The position numbers were made by a program, and so were the translations under genes. A stretch of 35,532 nt of DNA from Candidatus Saccharimonadales bacterium (lineage in GTDB: Bacteria; Patescibacteriota; Saccharimonadia; Saccharimonadales; 2-12-FULL-41-12), in the NCBI GenBank assembly GCA_040900025.1, contig JBBDZT010000022.1, positions 1-35,532 of the forward strand, written 5' to 3'. Positions 18,934-24,723 of this stretch are shown here, piece after piece. A model generated the notes under the pieces. It saw nothing but the letters and a program-made list of their open reading frames with translations, was not told the DNA's origin and did not search any database. How positions within the stretch are numbered: the stretch's first letter is position 1; each line of letters begins with the position of its first letter.

Positions 18934-19734
18934 TTATTTACGCAGTGGGTAAGTTAATGATGAAGGGTTGTTGGCTGACTGATGGCCACGTTCCACGAGT
19001 CGGATAACTGCGATTGTGATCTGGCCAACTGCGAACAACCAGCACCATAAATCTGGGCGACTAACCAATGCGGCAAGAGCACCAAAGGTTACAAATTCAG
19101 CCTCATCAAGCGCAAACACCGAACGATGCCTAAACCATAGCCACAGCAAGCGTTGTTTTCCGGTTTTTGGGGTCAATTTCTTAGCTTCTAGCGACGCATA
19201 TAATTCCTGCCTTCGTAAACGCGACTTATTTAGGTAATCTTTATCACGATTAATAGCCGCAAACATAGTTTCAAGCTTGATATAGTAGCGGAATAAAATT
19301 CCAAAACAGGCTATAAAACCAAGTAGTAAATAGTAAGTTTTGTCTGTTAGGTTGTAGGCGGCAATCGCCATGGCAAAGCAAATTATGCCCAGCTTCAAAA
19401 CGTCAAGAGTTTTATCAAGATAGTCGCCGATTGATGAGGTTTTGCCCGTATAGCGCGCCAGTTGCCCGTCCAGGCAATCAAGAACATAGGAAAAAGGCAA
19501 TAATAAAGCCGCTAGAATACTCCACCAGCCGCCAACTACTATTAGCACAGCAGCTAACGCATAGAGTAAAAGCGAGCTGATAGTCACCATATTAGGCGTG
19601 AGTGCTTTTATTTTACTAGCGGGTTTTAACAGCTTGTTTGCGAACTTAGGGTACCAAAGATCACCCCAGTTACTAAAGTAGTTCGGTTCAATAACTGACT
19701 TGAGCTTATTAGACGGCATGGACAATTTCTTCAT
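18934..19734 (-). CDS. CDP-alcohol phosphotransferase family membrane enzyme
   Basis: 266 aa and multi-TM. It has a perfect family motif, DCLDGQLAR-(8)-GDYLDKTLD (DxxDGxxARx8GxxxDxxxD). Its 5' end overlaps the aminotransferase 3' end. Confidence 0.85.
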   Translation of the reverse strand: MKKLSMPSNKLKSVIEPNYFSNWGDLWYPKFANKLLKPASKIKALTPNMVTISSLLLYALAAVLIVVGGWWSILAALLLPFSYVLDCLDGQLARYTGKTSSIGDYLDKTLDVLKLGIICFAMAIAAYNLTDKTYYLLLGFIACFGILFRYYIKLETMFAAINRDKDYLNKSRLRRQELYASLEAKKLTPKTGKQRLLWLWFRHRSVFALDEAEFVTFGALAALVSRPDLWCWLFAVGQITIAVIRLVERGHQSANNPSSLTYPLRK

Positions 19735-20884
19735 GTTGATCGAGTTTTCTTGGGATGTGCATTTTTTCCAAAACGGATTCCTGCAGGATTTTTTCTAATT
19801 GGCGAAGAGCATACGATGTGTCGTTTTTACGCAATGCGCCGATGTGTCCAATCTGAAATATCTTATCTTTCAATACTCCTTTACCGCTGTAAACAATAAT
19901 GCCTTTTTCTTTTAGTCGTTCGGCCAGGTAGCCAAAACTCAAATGCTCTGGCATAGCTACGCAGGTGATAACGCTTGAGCTGTTACCGCCATATGACGCG
20001 TAGCTCAAACCCATTCGGTTGATTTCCGTACGTGTGTAGCTGGCTCTTTGGCGTATTGTTTTTTGAAACGAACCAATACCCTGTTCGGTGATTTCTTTGA
20101 GTGACGCATGAAGCGATACAAAAACATGCACAGCTGGAGTATTTGGCGTTTGGATATGATTGCGCATATAAAGAAAATGTTTATATAAGTCCAGGTAATG
20201 ACCGGTACTTGACGGTTCCGACAGGGTGTTAACCAGATCGCTTTTAATAATTAATATTCCTGCTCCAGGCATAGCGGACAGTGCTTTTCCGGATGCTCCG
20301 ACAATAATATCAACTCCCCACTCTTTGGCTCGAATCTTTTCCGCACCGATGCTACTGATCGCATCAACAGAAACAATCGCCCCGTATTTATGCGCTAGCT
20401 TAGTAATCTCTGCAACAGGGTTTAGCATACCGCTGCTGGTTTCGTGGTGTACGACAGCTACCATATGGTATCGCTTGCTTTTTAGGGCTTTAGCAACCGT
20501 TTTCAGGTCGATTTTTTCCTGCCAATCAAACTTGAGCTCATCAATGTCTTTATTGTGAAGTTTTGCGACGGCAAGCAGTCGTTCGCCAAACTCGCCGTTA
20601 CTTATAACTAACACAGGGCCTAACTTGCCTATGCTTGAAATAATTGTTTCATTAGCTGCCGTTCCAGAGCCGGTAATAAAAGCAACTTCGTAACTACTAT
20701 CGATACCTGCAATCGGTTTCAACATTTCCGCACTCTCGCTTAAAATGCTAGAGAATTCTGACTCTCGGTGGCCGATGTTTGTGCTTACGACAGCTCGTTG
20801 AACTGCCTTTGATAGCAATACAGGGCCTGGACATAACAAAATAGCTCTTGGTGTTTTACGGCCAATTTTAAGAATCGTTGGCAT
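19709..20884 (-). CDS. Class V (AGXT-family) aminotransferase, 2-aminoethylphosphonate:pyruvate transaminase-like
   Basis: 391 aa with LLCPGPV, FITGSGTAANE, ISNGEFGERL, VHHETSSGMLNP, DAISSIGA, SGKAL (PLP Lys) and IFQIGHIG. These blocks parallel my recollection of PhnW (VHSETTTGMLNP, DAMSSFGG, IVSNGAYGARM). Confidence 0.8.
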   Translation of the reverse strand: MPTILKIGRKTPRAILLCPGPVLLSKAVQRAVVSTNIGHRESEFSSILSESAEMLKPIAGIDSSYEVAFITGSGTAANETIISSIGKLGPVLVISNGEFGERLLAVAKLHNKDIDELKFDWQEKIDLKTVAKALKSKRYHMVAVVHHETSSGMLNPVAEITKLAHKYGAIVSVDAISSIGAEKIRAKEWGVDIIVGASGKALSAMPGAGILIIKSDLVNTLSEPSSTGHYLDLYKHFLYMRNHIQTPNTPAVHVFVSLHASLKEITEQGIGSFQKTIRQRASYTRTEINRMGLSYASYGGNSSSVITCVAMPEHLSFGYLAERLKEKGIIVYSGKGVLKDKIFQIGHIGALRKNDTSYALRQLEKILQESVLEKMHIPRKLDQHEEIVHAV

Positions 20885-20980
20885 TAGTAATACTTTCTTT
20901 TTTTATATTGTGACTAAAAGGTAATCACGAAAAGGCACGTTTCTTTGGTTGTGAAATCTCGAGAAGAATCTAGTATCTAT

Positions 20981-20989
20981 ACTATATCA
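20981..20989 (-). promoter_or_regulatory. Candidate extended -10 (TGATATAGT) for the three-gene cassette
   Basis: Minus-strand TGATATAGT lies about 95 nt upstream of the aminotransferase ATG. It is overlapped by the palindrome TAGTAT-CT-ATACTA (20971..20984). Confidence 0.3.
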
Positions 20990-21006
20990 CAAAAAAATTA
21001 ATTAGA

Positions 21007-21051
21007 CTAGCTTAAGCAATATGGTTGGGGGGGGCCATTTATGCTTTTCAT
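21007..21051 (-). pseudogene. Relic 5' end of a membrane-protein gene copy (MKSIN then out-of-homology, 14 codons then TAG)
   Basis: Minus-strand ATGAAAAGCATAAAT duplicates the first five codons (MKSIN) of gene 17581..18141. The reading frame then runs through a C8 tract and stops. Confidence 0.5.
21027..21034. repeat. G8 homopolymer tract
   Basis: ttGGGGGGGGcc lies immediately beside the point where repeat-B homology ends. Confidence 0.9.
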
Positions 21052-21079
21052 TTACACTAAATAAATATCAGACAAAGAG
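21038..21079. repeat. Direct repeat copy B
   Basis: See copy A. Together the two copies bracket the 2.9-kb three-gene cassette. Confidence 0.8.
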
Positions 21080-21104
21080 ATAACGTGCCAAATCAGAGTG
21101 ATCT

Positions 21105-21827
21105 TCATAAGTTTATTCGGACAAGTTTTGTATTAATTTCACCATCTTTTTCATAATTAACAATAATGTCTATAACTTTTTCAGTTTTTCTCACGTCAGT
21201 ATATACATAACCTGTTCTTGAAATACCGGTGTTTATGTTGCCTTCTAAACTGTCTTGAAAGTAGGGGTTATAGCTCCCAAACCAAATAAAAGGATTGTCA
21301 GTAAATACAGACTCTTCTACATCTCTCCCGCTGTCGGGCAGTAATGTTATTTTTAACTTGGAAGTATCTACATTGCCAAAGGCTTGAATTACATAGTCAA
21401 TGACTATTTGCTGATGCTCTTCGGAATATTTCTTGATTTCGTTTCTTGCCTTATTCCTTAGCTCGCAATCGTAAAGTGGGGAGTTACGTAATAGGCTACC
21501 ACCTGAGTCAATAAAAGCTTGCTCAAAGTCGGTGTATGGACCAACTGTATCGGATAACATTTTGCAATTTTCCTGCTTATCCATATTTCCATATTTTTTA
21601 ACTACGTTTTCTTCAAAAGGTAAATCAACTGGTTTTAATTCAGTTTTATTAATCTTTAATTCAAAATCAGGAAGTTTAACTATTTCATTTGCAAAATAGA
21701 CTTTCTTCGCTTGAGAACGATAATCAAGATATTCTTTAATACTAAATACTGACAAAGCTATTAGTAGAATTATCGCAAAATAAATCATCATTTTATTTTT
21801 AAAAAAGTTGCTTTTGTTGAGTTTCAT
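21105..21827 (-). CDS. Hypothetical N-terminally anchored protein, predicted extracytoplasmic domain
   Basis: 240 aa with a Lys-rich N-terminus followed by one TM helix (MMIYFAIILLIALSVFSI). No family was recognised. The coding sequence is AT-rich. Confidence 0.6.
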   Translation of the reverse strand: MKLNKSNFFKNKMMIYFAIILLIALSVFSIKEYLDYRSQAKKVYFANEIVKLPDFELKINKTELKPVDLPFEENVVKKYGNMDKQENCKMLSDTVGPYTDFEQAFIDSGGSLLRNSPLYDCELRNKARNEIKKYSEEHQQIVIDYVIQAFGNVDTSKLKITLLPDSGRDVEESVFTDNPFIWFGSYNPYFQDSLEGNINTGISRTGYVYTDVRKTEKVIDIIVNYEKDGEINTKLVRINL

Positions 21828-21857
21828 ATTTATATACCTGCCTATATTATCTTAATT

Positions 21858-22517
21858 TTAATCTATCTTTAATATTCGTTTCCAGATTGGTCTATATGGA
21901 TTGACTTCGCATAAAAGACTTCCGTTATGTCTTTTATTTAAATTTACATTGAATTTCAATCTTTTTCTTCCATGATAGTCTTTAATTTCAACAGCAAGTT
22001 TTTTAGAATCACTAAATCTTGCAGTATCGATATTAATTTTTGGTGAAGAATCCGAATCTCTATTTGGCTCATAAATAAAGTAAGTAGACGGATCATTATG
22101 TTTCCAAATAAATAGTGATAGATTCATATTTTTTGCTGACTTTATTGTGACTCGCTCTTTTACATCAGACGGATTGGTCGGTATTTTCCACCATAACCGA
22201 CATATATATTCACCAGTTTCTTTGTCAATAAGCATCGCCTTACATCTGTAAGCTTCGTTACGATCAATTATTGGACCTGCTTGGAAACTTCCATGAATTG
22301 GCCAGCCGAAAAGTGTAGTTTCTCCTAGTCTTAGGCCTAGAACTCCAGGTTTATTTTGTATCGTAACGTGATTATGGTTATATTCTGCTCCCACGCCTCC
22401 ACCTGAACCACCTCCCCCAACTACTAGTTTCGGTCTTTTTATGTAATAATTTAGCCAGACCCCAAATAATAAAATGACTAGAGATACTGGTATTACATAA
22501 ATATTGAACTCACTCAT
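21858..22517 (-). CDS. Hypothetical N-terminally anchored protein with Gly-rich linker, predicted cytoplasmic domain
   Basis: 219 aa with one TM helix (IYVIPVSLVILLFGVWLNYY) followed by KRPK and then GGGGSGGGVG. No family was recognised. The sequence is AT-rich and the start lies 9 nt after the tRNA-Gln 3' end. Confidence 0.6.
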   Translation of the reverse strand: MSEFNIYVIPVSLVILLFGVWLNYYIKRPKLVVGGGGSGGGVGAEYNHNHVTIQNKPGVLGLRLGETTLFGWPIHGSFQAGPIIDRNEAYRCKAMLIDKETGEYICRLWWKIPTNPSDVKERVTIKSAKNMNLSLFIWKHNDPSTYFIYEPNRDSDSSPKINIDTARFSDSKKLAVEIKDYHGRKRLKFNVNLNKRHNGSLLCEVNPYRPIWKRILKID

Positions 22518-22526
22518 ATATAAATT

Positions 22527-22600
22527 TGGCTTCCGGGCTAGGGCTCGAACCTAGATTGCTGGGACCAAAACCCAGTGTCCTACCATTAGACGACCCGGAA
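22527..22600 (-). tRNA. tRNA-Gln (anticodon UUG), CCA encoded
   Basis: Hand-folded cloverleaf. Acceptor stem is TTCCGGG/CCCGGAA with U1-A72 and G73 (Gln identity features). D-loop is AATGGTA. Anticodon stem is CTGGG/CCCAG with loop TTTTGGT. T-arm is CTAGG-TTCGAGC-CCTAG, followed by a 3' CCA. Confidence 0.9.
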
Positions 22601-22743
22601 TTAAACTACATACCTTATTGTAAACGTTCGGTTCACAGAACCGAAGGGACCAAGCCACCTTTGGCAGCCCCGAAACTTCGCTGGTTGAAAACAAGTTTCA
22701 ACTCGGAAGGTTTCCTTGCGGATTGCTATTCACAGCAATCCTC

Positions 22744-22773
22744 ACCCAGTACCCACCAATAGACGACCCGGAA
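22744..22773 (-). pseudogene. Degenerate copy of the 5' half of tRNA-Gln (acceptor 5' strand, D arm, 5' anticodon stem)
   Basis: TTCCGGGTCGTCTATTGGTGGGTACTGGGT compared with TTCCGGGTCGTCTAATGGTAGGACACTGGGT in the intact gene (3 substitutions, 1 deletion). Similarity ends at the anticodon loop and no 3' half follows. Confidence 0.75.
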
Positions 22774-22850
22774 ATAAGTTGATAATGAATCGGAATTATA
22801 CAACAGGTCATATTGTACCAACAGCAGTAGTAACCCGCCAGTTAAAACTC

Positions 22851-22898
22851 AAAACACTAACACTTTTTGTCCGATCGGACACGAAGTGTTAGTGCTTT
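22851..22898. repeat. Long imperfect palindrome / hairpin (terminator-like on the minus strand, or an operator)
   Basis: The arms AAAACACTAACACTT and AAGTGTTAGTGCTTT are 14/15 complementary. They enclose the perfect palindrome GTCCGATCGGAC (22869..22880). On the minus strand the structure is followed by TTTTGAGTTTT. Confidence 0.6.
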
Positions 22899-22929
22899 GG
22901 TCCATAATAAAGAGTAGTAGAAAGGTTTT

Positions 22930-22938
22930 TGGTATGAT
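22930..22938 (+). promoter_or_regulatory. Candidate extended -10 (TGGTATGAT) for the envelope operon
   Basis: TGnTATGAT lies 10 nt upstream of the ATG at 22949. No Shine-Dalgarno sequence lies between them. Confidence 0.45.
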
Positions 22939-22942
22939 TTAA

Positions 22943-23746
22943 GTGGATATGTTTAAAAAGGCAATAATATGCTTGTTCGTTGCCGCAATAGTTGCGTCTG
23001 GAGTGTACTGGTTTGTGCTTAAAGAACATGAAACGGCAAACAATAGATCTGAGCTTAACTCTAATGAACCTTTAAACACTGTAGAAAAACCTGAGAAAAC
23101 CAAGTTTAAAACCTTTACAGCGCAAGAGTTCAGTGACCTATATAACGGCTTTGCCCAACCTAACACTCAGCTGATAGTCAACGATTTTTCCATAACCGGT
23201 AGCGAAAAAGCCGATAAAGTAGTATACGGCTTAGCTGAAAACGCGGGTTATAAAGTCCGCAGCGCCCCAGTAGCTGATAATTTTGTAGATATAGGCGACA
23301 ATCACAACCTGCAGAGACTGGCTGCTGAATCGTGGAAAAAGCTAGAAAAAAAAGCTGAAGCAAACAACATTGATTTAAAAGTTACCGAAGCCTTTAGGTC
23401 CGCGGAAGACCAAAACCGTATATTCGCTGGCAGACTCGGCAATATTAGCCCCAATAAGATCATAAACAGGTCATCCGATGGCACGATACGGAACTTACTT
23501 AAGACCACTGCCCCGCCCGGTTATTCGCGCCATCATAGCGGTTATACGGTAGACTTGGCCTGCAATAGCGGCCCGGGCGGACTATTTGAAAACTCCAAGT
23601 GCTTTGAATGGATTAAAAAAGACAATTACATCAACATTAAAGAATTCGGTTGGATACCCAGCTATCCAGACGGGATAAAAAACCAGGGACCGGACCCGGA
23701 ATCCTGGGAGTATGTCTGGGTCGGTACGGACGTATTAAAAGAATAA
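22943..23746 (+). CDS. VanY-type D-alanyl-D-alanine carboxypeptidase-like protein (peptidase M15B), membrane anchored
   Basis: 267 aa with an N-terminal TM helix. It has GYSRHHSGYTVDL (SxHxxGxxxD) and a C-terminal ESWEYVWVG at the place of EPWHxRYVG. The probable true start is the ATG at 22949. Confidence 0.75.
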   Translation: MDMFKKAIICLFVAAIVASGVYWFVLKEHETANNRSELNSNEPLNTVEKPEKTKFKTFTAQEFSDLYNGFAQPNTQLIVNDFSITGSEKADKVVYGLAENAGYKVRSAPVADNFVDIGDNHNLQRLAAESWKKLEKKAEANNIDLKVTEAFRSAEDQNRIFAGRLGNISPNKIINRSSDGTIRNLLKTTAPPGYSRHHSGYTVDLACNSGPGGLFENSKCFEWIKKDNYINIKEFGWIPSYPDGIKNQGPDPESWEYVWVGTDVLKE

Positions 23747-23782
23747 ATATTTGAAAAATATGCTTGAACAGTTTAAAATAAG

Positions 23783-23788
23783 TATAAA
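23783..23788 (+). promoter_or_regulatory. Candidate -10 (TATAAA), 6 nt upstream of the hydrolase ATG
   Basis: AGTATAAATATCGT-ATG. This could equally be chance in an AT-rich spacer. Confidence 0.25.
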
Positions 23789-23794
23789 TATCGT

Positions 23795-24712
23795 ATGGTC
23801 AAAAAAAGTTACTTCAGCCAGATTACCAGTATTGAGATTAATGGTCTAAAAGGCCGAATTCTTAATCTGGTTCCGCCAAAATACAACGACAGAGAGATCT
23901 TACTGCTATACGGACATCATTCCAGTATTGAAAGAATGAGTGGTATCGCGGAAAACCTGAATGATTTCGGCAGAGTTACGATCCCTGATTTACCCGGTTT
24001 TGGCGGTATGGACAGTTTTTATAATATTGGTTTGAAGCCGACCGTAGATAATTATGCGGATTATTTAGCCACGCTAATAAAATTAAAATTTAAGAACAAG
24101 AAATTTACGATTATTTCTATGTCTTATTCGTTTCTGATAGTTACAAAAATGTTACAAAAATATCCCGATATAGCCAAAAAGGTTGATTTGGTTGTAAGCT
24201 CTGTCGGTTTTGTTCATTCTGATGATTTCCGCCTGCCTAAATACCAGATTTTAGGCTTAAAAACCCTAAGCCTGACTCTTCAGTACAATCCTTTTGCTTA
24301 CCTGGCCAAACATACTATTTTTAGCGGGCCAGCGGTGAAGGCCTTTTATAGGTACATAGGCGTTAAGCATTCTAAGATGCAGGACGCGGGAAATGAAAAA
24401 GTCCGGGATAAAAGAATTAATAGCGAAGTTGTTTTGTGGGAGATAAATGATGTTCGCACACGCATGAAAACCATGTTTGACGGCTTTAGCGCCGACCTTT
24501 TAGATAAACAGGTTAATCTCCCTGTTCATCATGTATATGTAGAAAACGATAGATTTTTTAACAACCGGATAGTGGAACAGCATATGAGAATAATTTATAA
24601 AGATTTTATAGGAATAAAAACCGATATCGTTGGGCATATGCCTTCAATTGTCGCTACAAAAGAAGACGCTGATGTATTTATCCCTAAAGAACTTAAGAAA
24701 CTGCTAAAATAA
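23795..24712 (+). CDS. Alpha/beta-fold hydrolase (putative)
   Basis: 305 aa with LLLYGHHSS...PDLPGFGG. The nucleophile-elbow position reads SMSYS instead of GxSxG. Confidence 0.55.
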   Translation: MVKKSYFSQITSIEINGLKGRILNLVPPKYNDREILLLYGHHSSIERMSGIAENLNDFGRVTIPDLPGFGGMDSFYNIGLKPTVDNYADYLATLIKLKFKNKKFTIISMSYSFLIVTKMLQKYPDIAKKVDLVVSSVGFVHSDDFRLPKYQILGLKTLSLTLQYNPFAYLAKHTIFSGPAVKAFYRYIGVKHSKMQDAGNEKVRDKRINSEVVLWEINDVRTRMKTMFDGFSADLLDKQVNLPVHHVYVENDRFFNNRIVEQHMRIIYKDFIGIKTDIVGHMPSIVATKEDADVFIPKELKKLLK

Positions 24713-24723
24713 CGTTAAGCACT

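Noticed and set aside
22526-22762. 78-aa plus-strand ORF
   Set aside because: It runs antisense through tRNA-Gln and the structured spacer, and it has no SD or promoter context. The tRNA explains the region.
22785-22892. 35-codon plus-strand ORF (MNRNYTTGHIV...) in the tRNA/envelope spacer
   Set aside because: It has no SD or -10 at a suitable distance. It reads straight through the palindrome, and its composition looks non-coding.
22601-22942. Possible tmRNA, RNase P RNA, SRP RNA or hammerhead ribozyme in the 340-nt non-coding region
   Set aside because: I looked on both strands for GAGGAAAGTCC (RNase P) and for a tmRNA 3' tRNA-like end with ...ACCA. I also looked for the SRP GGAA-tetraloop/AGCAGCC domain and for CUGAUGA...GAAA cores. 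None is present. A GGGGCTG string occurs, but without a matching 3' acceptor partner.
22939-23166. 75-aa minus-strand ORF ending 40 nt before the terminator-like hairpin
   Set aside because: It is fully antisense to the TM and linker region of the VanY-like gene and has a low-complexity translation. At most this reflects an antisense RNA, not a protein.
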